DNA from: an uncultured Salinibacterium sp.
Lineage (GTDB): Bacteria > Actinomycetota > Actinomycetes > Actinomycetales > Microbacteriaceae
Direction: 5' to 3'
DNA: 64,000 nt
Assembly (NCBI GenBank): GCA_964477625.1
Contig: CAYZHZ010000002.1
Location: forward strand, 11,444-75,443
In this document: positions 1-9,891 of the stretch, piece after piece
How the letters are laid out: each line of letters starts with the position of its first letter
How positions within the stretch are numbered: position 1 is the first letter of the stretch
Position numbers and translations under genes: made by a program
Notes under the pieces: model-generated
The model's database searches: none
The model's input: the letters and a program-made list of their open reading frames with translations, nothing else
Told to the model about the DNA's origin: nothing

Positions 1-638
1 GCGGTGGGGTCGAGCGCAACGTCTGCGCCCATGCGCAGCGCGAGTTCGCGGCGCTGTTCGCGCATCTCGACCGCGACGACCGGGTAGAGGCCCGCCTGCT
101 TGGCGAGCGCGATGACGAGGTTGCCTGCCGGGCCCGCGCCGAAGACGGCGATCGCGCGACCCGACTTGGCCTGCAGTCGATCGATGCCGTGCACGACGCA
201 CGCGAGAGGTTCGGTCATCGAGCCGATACCGGGGTGGATGCCCGGCTCGAGCTTGTACGCGATGGATTCGGGCGCGACCATGAGTTCGGCCATGCCGCCA
301 TCCATGTGCACGCCGGGTGCCTTGCGGTTGGGGCACATGTGCAGGTCGCCCGTCTGGCAGTACACGCAGACGCCGCAGTAGATGTGGGGCTCGATCGAGA
401 TGAGGTCGCCGATCTGCAGCTTCTGCACGCCCTCGCCGAGTCCGATGACCTCGGCGCACACCTCGTGGCCGAGGGTCATGGGCGGGTTGGAGGCGTAGTC
501 GCCCTCGAGGATGTGGAGGTCGGTGCCGCAGATGCCAACGGCGAGCGGCTTGAGCAGTACCTCACCGAAGCCGGGGGTCGGATCGGGAATCTCTTCGACG
601 GCGACCTTGTGGTTGCCGAGGTAGCGGACCGCTTTCAT
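1..638 (-). CDS. Zn-dependent alcohol/polyol dehydrogenase (MDR family); 3' end lies outside the window
   Basis: Manual translation from ATG at 638: MKAVRYLGNHKVAVEE...GICGTDLH...LGHEV...YCGVCVYCQTGDLHMC...GAGPAG; missing from the ORF track because it runs off the window. Confidence 0.9.
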   Translation of the reverse strand, partial: MKAVRYLGNHKVAVEEIPDPTPGFGEVLLKPLAVGICGTDLHILEGDYASNPPMTLGHEVCAEVIGLGEGVQKLQIGDLISIEPHIYCGVCVYCQTGDLHMCPNRKAPGVHMDGGMAELMVAPESIAYKLEPGIHPGIGSMTEPLACVVHGIDRLQAKSGRAIAVFGAGPAGNLVIALAKQAGLYPVVAVEMREQRRELALRMGADVALDPT

Positions 639-710
639 CGCGTGACACTTCCGTTGGAGTAGTGGGGGTGTTGGGTCTTCATCAGCCCGAACACCAAGCT
701 AGCCCGATCT

Positions 711-726
711 TGTTGGATTTTCAACA
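711..726. promoter_or_regulatory. Inverted repeat TGTTG-N6-CAACA, candidate operator in the divergent dehydrogenase/kinase promoter
   Basis: tgttggattttcaaca lies just upstream of TATAGT (733-738), the likely -10 for leaderless GTG at 745; two DeoR genes follow. Confidence 0.5.
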
Positions 727-744
727 TTTGCCTATAGTGAGTGC

Positions 745-1665
745 GTGCCCACTCCCACCATCCTCTGCGTCGGAACCGTCACCCTGGATCTGCTGCTCGT
801 CACCGACACGGTTCCCGCAGAAGACACGCGCGTCGAAGCGAACGACGTCTCACTCGTCGGTGGGGGCAACTCCGCCAACTCCGCGGTCGCCATCGCGCGC
901 CTCGGCCTCCCCGTCGAGTTCTGCGGCACCATCGGCGACGACCGTGCTGGCGAACTCGTGCTCGGAGAACTCGAAGCGGCGGGTGTCGGCACTTCCCTCG
1001 TCGTACGCCAGCCCGGCGGCATCACCGCTCAGAGCGCCGTCATCGTCTCCTCCGTCACGGGAGCGCGCACCATCATCACGCACCCCGCTCCCCCTCCGCC
1101 TCCCATCCCGAGCGGATTCAGCATCACCCACCTCGACAAGGCCGGCTGGCGTGGCGTGCCCGCCGGCGGTCTTACCGGCACCCGCGTGAGCGTCGACGAC
1201 GGCAACCGCATCCCCGACCTCGACGTCTCGCTCCTGGAGTGGTACGTGCCCACCGCCATCGTGCTCCGCGAACGCTTCGGCACGACCGACCCCGTCGAGG
1301 GCGCTCGTCGCGCGCGGGCCGCGGGTGCGCGAACGGTCGTGGCCACCGACGGGGCCAATGGATCATTCGGGCTCGACGATTCCGGCCTGCACTTCGCCCC
1401 CGCCCTGCCCATCACCCCCTACTCCACCCTGGGTGCGGGTGACGTCTTTCACGGAGCGCTCCTCGCCGGCATCGCCCTCGGGCGACCCCTCGTCGATGCG
1501 ATGGCCTTCGCCAACGTCACCGCCGCCCTGTCGTGCCGCGCACTCGACGGAAGGACCGGGATTCCGGGCATCGAGGAGGTCGACAGCACCCTGGGGGCGC
1601 TCGAGAGGGGCATCCTGAGTGACGAAGAGATCGTCGCCCGATTCGCCGCGAGCGGCTCCGCGTAG
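745..1665 (+). CDS. PfkB-family carbohydrate kinase, YihV (sulfofructose kinase)-like
   Basis: GGGNSANSAVAIARLG and STLGAGDVFHGA PfkB signatures; C-terminal GRTGIP as in YihV-like kinases. Confidence 0.85.
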   Translation: MPTPTILCVGTVTLDLLLVTDTVPAEDTRVEANDVSLVGGGNSANSAVAIARLGLPVEFCGTIGDDRAGELVLGELEAAGVGTSLVVRQPGGITAQSAVIVSSVTGARTIITHPAPPPPPIPSGFSITHLDKAGWRGVPAGGLTGTRVSVDDGNRIPDLDVSLLEWYVPTAIVLRERFGTTDPVEGARRARAAGARTVVATDGANGSFGLDDSGLHFAPALPITPYSTLGAGDVFHGALLAGIALGRPLVDAMAFANVTAALSCRALDGRTGIPGIEEVDSTLGALERGILSDEEIVARFAASGSA

Positions 1666-1678
1666 CAGGATGGCGGGC

Positions 1679-2470
1679 ATGACGGACGGCATGCGCTACG
1701 GGTCGGCGCCCGAGCGACGCGCCCGCCTGCTGCAGATCGTCGAGGAGCAGAGCTTCTCGTCGACCACCGAACTCATGGTCGCGCTCGGCGTCTCAGACAT
1801 GACGGTGCGCCGAGACGCGCAGAAGCTCGCCGAGGAGGGCCGGGTGAGAATTGTGCACGGCGGCGTGAGCATGCTGCCCACGTTCGACCTTCAGGGCAGC
1901 CGGCAGTACGAGGAGCGCGCGGGGCTCATGGCAGCCGCGAAGCTCGCGATCGCCCGCACCGCGGCGGCCCGCGTTCACGAGGACGAGGTGATCGCGATCG
2001 ACGCGGGCACGAGCGCGCGCGAGGTCGCTCGCGCCCTGCCCACCACCCTTCCCCTCACCGTCGTCACGCACTCGGCGAGCGCCATCGCCGACCTCATGGG
2101 TCGCCCCTCCACGACCCTCATTGCACTGGGCGGGATGCTCCACCACGAGACCCTCTCGTTCGACGGGCCGCTCGTGGTCGACGCCATCAGCGAGCTGCAG
2201 GTCGACACCTTCTACCTCGCGGCAAGCGGGGTGGGGCCGCGCGGGGTCTTCTGCGCCAACGACTTCGACGCGGTTACCAAGCGTGCGCTCATCGACATCG
2301 CGGCACGCGTCGTACTCATCCTCGACAGCAGCAAGTTCCACGCCTCGGCGATGGTGCTCGTGTGCGACTTCTCCTTCGTCGACGAGGTGCTCGTCGACGA
2401 CGGCATCTCGGCCGACGACCTGGCCATGCTTCAGGCCGCGGGGGTCGCCGTGACCGTCGTTTCCGTGTGA
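1679..2470 (+). CDS. DeoR/GlpR-family transcriptional regulator
   Basis: HTH LGVSDMTVRRD; IDAGTS and DSSKF motifs. Confidence 0.92.
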   Translation: MTDGMRYGSAPERRARLLQIVEEQSFSSTTELMVALGVSDMTVRRDAQKLAEEGRVRIVHGGVSMLPTFDLQGSRQYEERAGLMAAAKLAIARTAAARVHEDEVIAIDAGTSAREVARALPTTLPLTVVTHSASAIADLMGRPSTTLIALGGMLHHETLSFDGPLVVDAISELQVDTFYLAASGVGPRGVFCANDFDAVTKRALIDIAARVVLILDSSKFHASAMVLVCDFSFVDEVLVDDGISADDLAMLQAAGVAVTVVSV

Positions 2471-2501
2471 AACCTTTCACACCTGCGCTACGCTCCTCGG
2501 T

Positions 2502-3284
2502 GTGAGTAGCACCCCCTCGAGCGTGGCAGCGCGGCGCGAGCGTGTCGCCCGGGTCGTGGGTGAACGCGGCCATATCGTCATCGCCGAGCTCGCCCTCGAG
2601 CTCGGGGTCAGCGAGATGACGGTGCGCCGCGACGTGGCCCAACTCGAGCAGGACGGACGCGTCGTCTCGTTCTACGGCGGCGTGCGCGCGGCCCACAACG
2701 ACAACCGCCCCGGTCCCTTCGCGCAGCGTGCCAGCCAGGAGCAGCGCGCAAAGGTGCGCATCGCACGCCGCGCCGCCGAACTCGTCGGCGAGGAGACCGC
2801 CATCGCGATCGACGCGGGATCGACGGGGGCGAAACTCGCGCTCGAATTGACGAGCGCCAACCGGTTGCGCGTGGTCACGGCATCCGTGCCGGTCATCACC
2901 GCCTTTCTCGACGCGCACGCCGCGGAGGTCGTGGCGCTGGGTGGCACGCTGCGACGCGACGCGCAGTCGTTCTTCGGACCGAGCACCGTTGCAGCGGCGA
3001 GCAACCTGCAGGTGGACACCTACTTCATGGGAGCGGGCGCCGCCTCCGAGCGCGGGGTGTTCGTCTCCCTCGATGGGGATGCACAACTCAAGCGGCAGCT
3101 CATGGCCGTGGCCTCGCGCGTCGTGCTGCTCTGCGACAGCACCAAATTCTCAATGCGAGCGATGACCCGGGTGTGCGGTTGGGACGCGATCGACGTGATC
3201 GTCACCGACGACCGCATCGACGATGACACCCTCGCGATGGTGCGTGCGGCCGGCGTCGAGATGCTCGTGGTTCCCGCGGGCTAG
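2502..3284 (+). CDS. DeoR/GlpR-family transcriptional regulator (second, tandem)
   Basis: LGVSEMTVRRD, IDAGST, DSTKF; TACGCT -10 element (2489-2494) suggests a leaderless start. Confidence 0.92.
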   Translation: MSSTPSSVAARRERVARVVGERGHIVIAELALELGVSEMTVRRDVAQLEQDGRVVSFYGGVRAAHNDNRPGPFAQRASQEQRAKVRIARRAAELVGEETAIAIDAGSTGAKLALELTSANRLRVVTASVPVITAFLDAHAAEVVALGGTLRRDAQSFFGPSTVAAASNLQVDTYFMGAGAASERGVFVSLDGDAQLKRQLMAVASRVVLLCDSTKFSMRAMTRVCGWDAIDVIVTDDRIDDDTLAMVRAAGVEMLVVPAG

Positions 3285-3316
3285 GTTTCGATACGCCCCT
3301 GCGGGGCTACTCAACC
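3284..3316 (-). repeat. REP-like element GGTTGAGTAG-[hairpin]-CGTATCGAAACC, copy 1
   Basis: Reverse complement ggttgagtagccccgcaggggcgtatcgaaacc; same flanks as 13479-13509; lies between convergent genes. Confidence 0.8.
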
Positions 3317-4260
3317 ACCGGGATGGATTCCACGAGCTCGCGCACCTCGTCGGTGGTGGGCATCGCAGCCGAGCACTCGAAGCGCGTCGCGACGATCGCA
3401 CCAGCCGCGTTCGCGTAGGCGAGGGTCTTGGCCAGCGGCCAGCCCGACACGAGGCCGTGCACGAGCGCACCGCCGAAGGCATCTCCGGCACCCAGCCCGT
3501 TGACCACGTCGACGGGGATCGGGCGCACCTCGAGGGTCTCCTCGCGCGTCTTCGCGAGCACACCGAGCGGACCCTGCTTCACGACGGCGAGGTCCATGCC
3601 CCGGTCGAGCAGCGCATCGGCCGCGCGCTGCGGGTCGCGCTCACCGACGGCGATCTCGCACTCGTCGAGGTTGCCGACGGCGATGTTGACGTGCTCGAGC
3701 GCGGGCGGGATCTCGGCACGCGCCTCCTCTTCGCTGTCCCAGAACGTGGGGCGGTAGTCGAGGTCGAGCACGGTGAATCCCTGGCGGTTGCGGGCCTCCC
3801 ATGCGGCGTAGTGCGCCGCCCGGGAGGGCTCGCGCGCGAGGCCGGTCGCGGTGGCCCAGAAGAGCGGTGTGGCGGCGACGAGCTCGAGCGGGACATCCTC
3901 GACGCTCAAGAACATGTCGGCGGCTGTCGGGTTGCGGTAGGTGTAGAACGGAAAGTTGTCTGGCGGGAACATCTCGCAGAACGTGAGCGTGGACTGCATG
4001 CCCACAACAGGCGTGACGTACCGGTTCTCGATGCCGTAGCGCGCGAGCTGCTCGACGAGAAACTCGCCGAACTGGTCGTTGCCCGTGCGCGAGACGAGGG
4101 CGGTTGGATGCCCGTGCCGGGCGATCGCAACGGACACGTTCGCCGCGCTGCCGCCGATGGTCTTCGTGAAACCGGAGACATCCTTGAGGTGGGTATTGAC
4201 CTCTTGCGGATACAGGTCGACGCCGATGCGTCCCATCACGATGATCGGGGTGTCGCTCAT
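3307..4260 (-). CDS. iolC: 5-dehydro-2-deoxygluconokinase
   Basis: MGRIGVDLYP, GGSAANVSVA, LTFCEMFPPDNFP, DLDYRP, VVNGLGAGDAFGG typical of actinobacterial IolC. Confidence 0.85.
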   Translation of the reverse strand: MSDTPIIVMGRIGVDLYPQEVNTHLKDVSGFTKTIGGSAANVSVAIARHGHPTALVSRTGNDQFGEFLVEQLARYGIENRYVTPVVGMQSTLTFCEMFPPDNFPFYTYRNPTAADMFLSVEDVPLELVAATPLFWATATGLAREPSRAAHYAAWEARNRQGFTVLDLDYRPTFWDSEEEARAEIPPALEHVNIAVGNLDECEIAVGERDPQRAADALLDRGMDLAVVKQGPLGVLAKTREETLEVRPIPVDVVNGLGAGDAFGGALVHGLVSGWPLAKTLAYANAAGAIVATRFECSAAMPTTDEVRELVESIPVVE

Positions 4261-4269
4261 GGCGTTCTC

Positions 4270-5124
4270 CTAGGCTGCGGCGAGGCTGCGCAGGCGCTCG
4301 GCCGACGTCGTCTCGAGGAAAGCCTGCGTGTCGGGTGCGGGGATCGCGTCGATCCAGATGGCGCGACCCGCGAGGAAGCCACTGGCGCCACCCTCACGCG
4401 ACAGGGCGACAGCCTCGGGGAAACGCTCCGGCGGAACACCCGACGACAGCACCACCCACGGGCAGTCGATCGCCTCGGTGATGCGGCGGGCGGTCGAGAC
4501 GATCACGTCGCGCTCCCCCGCACCGAAGAGCGGAACCTCGGCCTTGTACAGGTCGGGCTTGGTGGTGCCGAGGTCGCGGGCGGCCTCGACGAGGGCGTCG
4601 TTCTTGTCGGCATCCGACCACGACGCGAAGCCCTCGGGGCGCACGACGCCCTCGACGACGCCGAGCGTGTTGGTCGCGCGGCACAGCTCCATGAAGCTCG
4701 CCGAAAGTTCGATGGCCTCATCGCGCTCGTCGGGCTGCCACGGCACGAGCATCTTGAGGGCGTGCGCGCCGAAACGGCCGATGACGTCTTCGTTGACCGC
4801 GGGGTCGATGACCGCACGGTTCACGGGGCCGCCCGGCTTGCGCTGGCTGAGGATGTCCGCCGCCAGGATGATGGGGCACTCCGAGAGCTTCGCCGCCTCA
4901 TACCCGTAGTCGTGGTCGATGAGCGCGGCGCTCGCGAACGGGCTGAGCGTGGAGATGACCGCCTTCTTGAAGGCGACGAGTTCCGCGTCGGGAACCGTGT
5001 CGAGTCCCGCCGCCGTCGCGATCATCTGGCGCAGCGACTCGCGCTGGTCGATCGCGAGCATCGAGAAGTTGCCGCGGTCGTCCCGCAGAAGGTCGAGCGT
5101 CGGGGCAGGGGTGTGCACGGTCAT
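4270..5124 (-). CDS. Class I aldolase, YihT (sulfofructosephosphate aldolase)/LacD-like
   Basis: FSMLAIDQRESLR, DLYKAEVP (Schiff-base Lys), PWVVLSSGV, GASGFLAGRAIW. Confidence 0.85.
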   Translation of the reverse strand: MTVHTPAPTLDLLRDDRGNFSMLAIDQRESLRQMIATAAGLDTVPDAELVAFKKAVISTLSPFASAALIDHDYGYEAAKLSECPIILAADILSQRKPGGPVNRAVIDPAVNEDVIGRFGAHALKMLVPWQPDERDEAIELSASFMELCRATNTLGVVEGVVRPEGFASWSDADKNDALVEAARDLGTTKPDLYKAEVPLFGAGERDVIVSTARRITEAIDCPWVVLSSGVPPERFPEAVALSREGGASGFLAGRAIWIDAIPAPDTQAFLETTSAERLRSLAAA

Positions 5125-5170
5125 TGCGACGGGTCCAGTCTCTTTCAGGCGGTGGGGTGGATGATGCGCG

Positions 5171-6148
5171 TCAACGAATGACGACGGGGTTAACTGGGGC
5201 GCCGCTGCCGCCGTACACCTTGAGGGGTGCTGCCGTGTACAGGAACGTGTAGCGGCCGTCGGCTGCACACGCATCCGCGAGATCTTCGAGCCAGCACACC
5301 TCGGTGAAGACGACACCGAGGTTGCGCATGAGCGCGGAGTGCAGCGGGATCTCCACGGGCGAGCCCGGGTAGTGGGTGGCTTCGTTGCCGACGAGGTCGG
5401 TGACGAGGCTCGGGATTTCCATGTCCTGGAACCACTGCACGAGCTCGGGCGAGTAGGTCAGGCCCGGCTCGCTCCAGTCGGCGTAGAACTCGTCACGGTC
5501 CCCGTCGTAGAAGCGGGTGAGCCATCCGGTGTGGAAGACGATGATGTCGTGCTTCTCGATCGTGACACCCTGCGCCTCGGCAGCGGCGAGGAGGTCATCC
5601 AGGCCCACGGTCTCGCGACGCTCGAGAGCTTTCTTGCCGCGGTGACGGGCGATGTCGATGAGCACGCCGCGACCGACGATGCCCCGCTCGGCGAGCGGCA
5701 GCACCGACGCCTTGGTGAGCGCCCCCTCTGTCGTGGATGCGTCGTAGCCGTTGTAGATGACGCCGTCGTACCAGATGTGCCCGAGCGCATCGACCTGGGT
5801 CGAGCCCTGCAGGAACATCTCGATCTTGTCGTCGGCGTAGTGGTGGTCGCCTCCGGTCGGGCCGGCCTCCCCGCGCTGGAAGAAGCCTTCATCCATGACG
5901 GAGGTGCGCACCGCCGACTGGCGGTTCGGCCACACCGGGTCGCCGTTCGCTTCGGGCAGACCGATGGGTACCTGCAGCGTGAACGTCTCGCCCGACTTGA
6001 CGGCCGAGACACCACGCAGCACCTCCGCCGCGGTGAGGTAGTTGAGGCTACCCACCTCGTCGTCGGCTCCCCACTTACCCCAGTTCTTGGGCGAGTGGTC
6101 GCCGAGCAGTTCGGCGATGGTCTGCGGAACCTTGGCTTCGTCGGTCAT
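5171..6148 (-). CDS. Cyclase-family (kynurenine formamidase-like) metallohydrolase
   Basis: NWGKWGADDEVGSLN, QGSTQVDALGH, GIVGRGVLID, APLKVYGGSGAPVNP. Confidence 0.88.
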   Translation of the reverse strand: MTDEAKVPQTIAELLGDHSPKNWGKWGADDEVGSLNYLTAAEVLRGVSAVKSGETFTLQVPIGLPEANGDPVWPNRQSAVRTSVMDEGFFQRGEAGPTGGDHHYADDKIEMFLQGSTQVDALGHIWYDGVIYNGYDASTTEGALTKASVLPLAERGIVGRGVLIDIARHRGKKALERRETVGLDDLLAAAEAQGVTIEKHDIIVFHTGWLTRFYDGDRDEFYADWSEPGLTYSPELVQWFQDMEIPSLVTDLVGNEATHYPGSPVEIPLHSALMRNLGVVFTEVCWLEDLADACAADGRYTFLYTAAPLKVYGGSGAPVNPVVIR

Positions 6149-6150
6149 GG

Positions 6151-7167
6151 CTATGCGCCCGCCTTGAGCATCTTGCGGGCCACGGTCGAGAACGACACGG
6201 CGGCGATGAGCAGGATGCCCTGGAAGAGGAACTGCACGTAGGAGGGCACACCCGCGAGAGCGAGACCGTTGAAGCCCACCGTGACGGTGAGCACACCGAC
6301 GAGGGTTCCGACGATGTGGAACTGGCCTTCCCTCAGCACCGCTGTTCCGAGGAACGCGGCGGCGAACGCCGAGAGCGTGTAGCCGTCACCACCCGTGGGC
6401 TGGCCCGACCCGATGACGGAGGCGAGCAGCACACCCGTGATTGCGGCACACACCGAGCAGATGACGAAGGCCCAGGTGGTGGCGCTCTTCACGCCGACGC
6501 CCGCGAGGCGCGATGCCTCGGCGTTACCACCGACGGCCTGGATGTTGCGGCCGAGGTCGGTGCGGTTGAGGATGATCCACAGAATCGCGACGATCACGAC
6601 CATGTAGTAGACGTTGCGCGGAACGCCCAGCCACTGTCCCACCGAGATGAGAGTGAAGTCGGGGGCGATGGATCCGAACGGCTGGGCCGAACCCTTGGTG
6701 ATGAAGTAGTTCACACCGACCGCGACGCTCCCCACACCGAGCGTTGCCACGAGCGCGTTGACGTTGAGCCGGGTGACGAGAAAGGCGTTGAGCAGACCGA
6801 CGATGACGCCCACGGCGAGCGCGACGAGGATCGCGATCGGGATGGGCGTGCCGTTGATCATGAGGAACGCGACCGTGACACCCGCGAGGCTCGCGGTGTT
6901 ACCGACGCTCAGGTCGAACTGGTTCGACGCGAGCACGAGGGTCAGCCCACACGCGACGATCGCGGCGAGCGCCGACTGGTTGAAGATCTGAACGATGTTG
7001 CCCACCGTCAGGAAGTACTTGGGCGTCAGGATCGTGAAGACGATGATCAGGAGCCCGAGCACGATGAGCGCACCGAACCGACCCACGAACAGGGTGATGG
7101 ACTGTCCGGTGCTGCGGCGAGGGGCTGTCGACTCTGACACCTGCGGGGTCACCTCGGTCGTGGTCAT
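6151..7167 (-). CDS. Sugar ABC transporter permease (RbsC-like)
   Basis: Multiple TM segments; FDLSVG; GRNIQAVGGNAEASRLAGV. Confidence 0.92.
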   Translation of the reverse strand: MTTTEVTPQVSESTAPRRSTGQSITLFVGRFGALIVLGLLIIVFTILTPKYFLTVGNIVQIFNQSALAAIVACGLTLVLASNQFDLSVGNTASLAGVTVAFLMINGTPIPIAILVALAVGVIVGLLNAFLVTRLNVNALVATLGVGSVAVGVNYFITKGSAQPFGSIAPDFTLISVGQWLGVPRNVYYMVVIVAILWIILNRTDLGRNIQAVGGNAEASRLAGVGVKSATTWAFVICSVCAAITGVLLASVIGSGQPTGGDGYTLSAFAAAFLGTAVLREGQFHIVGTLVGVLTVTVGFNGLALAGVPSYVQFLFQGILLIAAVSFSTVARKMLKAGA

Positions 7168-8702
7168 GAGATTGCTTCCTTAGCTTGGTGGTTGTGGCTG
7201 TAGATGACTTCGAGCATCTGCTCCTCGGTGACACCGGGTCCCGCGAGCTCCGCGACGGTGCGGCCCTCGACCATGACGACCACACGGTGGCAGATGGAGA
7301 GCTCTTCGAGTTCGGAGGACACGACGACGACGGCGTTGCCCGCGGCCGCGAAGTCTTCGACGGTCTGCCAGATCTGCTGGCGCGCGCCGATGTCGACGCC
7401 GCGCGTCGGCTCGTCGAGCAGCATGACCTTGGAGTCACGCGCGAGCCAACGGCCGAAGACGACCTTCTGCTGGTTGCCGCCCGAGAGGGTGCGAACCGGC
7501 ACCGATGTGTCCTTCGCCTTGATGCGCAGGGCGTCGAGCATGCGCTTCGCGACCGACTCGGCCTTGCGATCGCTGATGAAGCCGAGCGCCGGCGTCGAGC
7601 GCATCGCCTTCCAATTGCCGAGTGTGACGTTCGAGCGGATCGACTCTTCCATGACGAGCGCCTGGGATCGACGCTCCTCGGGCACGAGCGCGATGCCCGC
7701 CCCGACGGCCGCCTGAACGTTGGACGGGGCGTGGGGCTTGCCGCCGACGAGCATCGTGCCGCTCTCGGGACGCGCGTCGCCGAAGATGAGACCGAATGCC
7801 TCGCTGCGACCCGCGCCGACGACGCCGGCGAGACCGACGATCTCACCCGCGCGGCACGTGAACGAGACATCCTGCACGCGACGACCGTCTGAGAGGTTCG
7901 AGACCTCGAGTACGACGGGGGCGTCGGCGGGAACGGGCTCGAGGTGCTTGCGCAGCTCAAGACCCTCGGCGAGACCCGTGATGCCCTTGATGAGGTCTTG
8001 ACGGGTGTAGGCGCCGCGGTCGAAGCGACCCGAGACCATGCCGTCTTTGAAGACGGTGACACGGTCACTGAGTTCTTCGATCTCGTTGAGGCGGTGGCTG
8101 ACGTAGGCGATCGTGACGCCGTCTGCCGACAGCTGGCGGATGATGGTGAAGAGCCGCTGGCACTCCACGTCAGAGAGCGAAGCGGTCGGCTCATCCATGG
8201 CGATGAATCGTGCGTCACGGGCCAACGCACGACCGATCGCCACCATGCCACGCTCGGCGACGCTGAGTTCGCGAGCGGGGCGCTTGAGGTTGAAGGTGAG
8301 CCCGAGGCGGTCTGCCACCTCGCGCCCGAGCTTCGCGCGAGCCTTGCGGTCTTCGAAGCGAAGCGGGTTGTTCGACTTGATGCCGAGCGCGATGTTGTCG
8401 ATCGCGTTGAAGTCGGGGATGAGGGCGAGTTCCTGGTGGATGAACGCGAACCCGAGAGCGTCGGCTTGCGACGGGGTGGTGATGCTGACCTCGTGACCGT
8501 CGACGAAGATCGTGCCACTCGACGGCGTGATCGCGCCGCCGATGATGTTGAGGAAGGTGGACTTGCCGGCGCCGTTGGCGCCGACAAGTCCGTGAACCTC
8601 ACCGCGGCGGAAGTCCACACTCACGTCTGTGAGTGCCTTCACCGCGCCGAACGTGCGGCTGATCGATTTTGCGTCGATCAGGAGCGTGTGTTCGTCAGTC
8701 AT
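7164..8702 (-). CDS. Sugar ABC transporter ATP-binding protein (two ABC domains)
   Basis: GANGAGKST, MDEPT, LSGGNQQK, LDEPTRGVDIGA. Confidence 0.95.
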   Translation of the reverse strand: MTDEHTLLIDAKSISRTFGAVKALTDVSVDFRRGEVHGLVGANGAGKSTFLNIIGGAITPSSGTIFVDGHEVSITTPSQADALGFAFIHQELALIPDFNAIDNIALGIKSNNPLRFEDRKARAKLGREVADRLGLTFNLKRPARELSVAERGMVAIGRALARDARFIAMDEPTASLSDVECQRLFTIIRQLSADGVTIAYVSHRLNEIEELSDRVTVFKDGMVSGRFDRGAYTRQDLIKGITGLAEGLELRKHLEPVPADAPVVLEVSNLSDGRRVQDVSFTCRAGEIVGLAGVVGAGRSEAFGLIFGDARPESGTMLVGGKPHAPSNVQAAVGAGIALVPEERRSQALVMEESIRSNVTLGNWKAMRSTPALGFISDRKAESVAKRMLDALRIKAKDTSVPVRTLSGGNQQKVVFGRWLARDSKVMLLDEPTRGVDIGARQQIWQTVEDFAAAGNAVVVVSSELEELSICHRVVVMVEGRTVAELAGPGVTEEQMLEVIYSHNHQAKEAIS

Positions 8703-8750
8703 GAGATTCGTGCCTTTCTCAACCTGTACTTCTGTGGTTCGAACTACCGA

Positions 8751-9728
8751 CTAGTCGAGCGAGGTCGGGTTGTCGGTCACGAACTGCTCGATGTTCTCGG
8801 GCGTGAGAATCGAGTTCTCGGCCGGAACACCGACGGGCTTGCCGTCCTTGAGGAAGTTCGTGATGATCTCTGCCATCTGCTGGCCTACGACGTTTCCGTC
8901 AAGGCTCAGCGTCGCGGCAATCTGGCCCTTCTGCAAGGGCTCGTAGATCGTCTTGTTGAAGTCCCACGTGAAGATCGGAAGCGAGTCCGTGCGGTTTGCC
9001 TGGTTGATCGCAGCGACGGCACCCGCGCTCGGGTCGGTGAAGCACGACCAGATGGCGTAGTTGCCCTCACCAGCAGGGTTCGCGGCGAGCCATGCTGCGG
9101 TCGCGTTCTGCGCGTCGACAACCTGGCCGGGGATCGTGAACTCGTGCTCCTGGATCTGGATGTTCGAACCGCTCAACAGCTCCTGGCGGTACTCCTTGCG
9201 CAGGCGGCAGGGCGTTCCGGGCGAGTAGTCGAGCGCGAGGATCGACGTGATGTTGTTCGCCTTCACGTAGTCGAAGAAGATGTCGTTGATCGGCTTGGGC
9301 GACGTGACGTCGACCGCACCGGCCATTCCATCGAGCAGCGGGCTCGCGATGTAGAACACGGGGATGTTCGCGTTCTTCGCCTCGGACATGCACTGAGCCA
9401 TCTGGTCGAGCGCGAAGGTCGTGACCACGAGGGCGTTGACCTGGCGAGTGATGAACTGGCTGCAGATTGCGTTCGCCTGACCGGGATCGCCCTGCGGGTC
9501 CTGCGAGACGACCTCGTATCCCATGGCCTCGAGCTCCGACTTCGTGCCGCGAGCGGCAAGAGCGTCGAAGGGTGCGGTGCTGTCGAACTCGACGATTCCG
9601 ACGGTACCGGGACCGTCGGTCGTTCCACCCTCGCCGCCGTCGCCCGTAGAACAGGCTGCGGTGGTGACGAGAAGCGCGGTGGCAATGACGCCTACCGCGA
9701 GAGTCCGGCTGTGTTTCAGAAAGGACAT
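8751..9728 (-). CDS. Sugar ABC transporter substrate-binding lipoprotein
   Basis: Signal peptide with lipobox TAAC; periplasmic-binding fold features; first gene of the ABC operon. Confidence 0.88.
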   Translation of the reverse strand: MSFLKHSRTLAVGVIATALLVTTAACSTGDGGEGGTTDGPGTVGIVEFDSTAPFDALAARGTKSELEAMGYEVVSQDPQGDPGQANAICSQFITRQVNALVVTTFALDQMAQCMSEAKNANIPVFYIASPLLDGMAGAVDVTSPKPINDIFFDYVKANNITSILALDYSPGTPCRLRKEYRQELLSGSNIQIQEHEFTIPGQVVDAQNATAAWLAANPAGEGNYAIWSCFTDPSAGAVAAINQANRTDSLPIFTWDFNKTIYEPLQKGQIAATLSLDGNVVGQQMAEIITNFLKDGKPVGVPAENSILTPENIEQFVTDNPTSLD

Positions 9729-9841
9729 GACTACTCCACTCCGTTGTCGATTAGTGTGCGGGCACTTCGGGTTACGCATTGAAGCCCTTCCGGCCTCGCT
9801 GCGCGGGGTCGGCAAGCATGCACGCTACGCGGATGCTTACC

Positions 9842-9857
9842 GGTTGTCAACATAACC
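9842..9857. promoter_or_regulatory. Imperfect palindrome GGTTGTCAACATAACC, candidate GntR/HutC operator
   Basis: In the divergent promoter between the binding-protein gene and the GntR gene. Confidence 0.4.
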
Positions 9858-9891
9858 TATCAACCTCTCTTCTGGTACTGTTTTGTCCGCC

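Noticed and set aside
745-5124. Calling the cluster canonical sulfoglycolysis or canonical inositol catabolism
   Set aside because: The sulfoquinovosidase, isomerase, SLA reductase and iolABDEG genes are not in the window; kept as an open hypothesis.
3223-5181. 652-aa plus-strand ORF, and similar long ORFs such as 7944-9782, 12163-13626, 32812-34530 and 40989-42221
   Set aside because: Antisense shadows of well-supported genes in high-GC DNA; no recognisable motifs.
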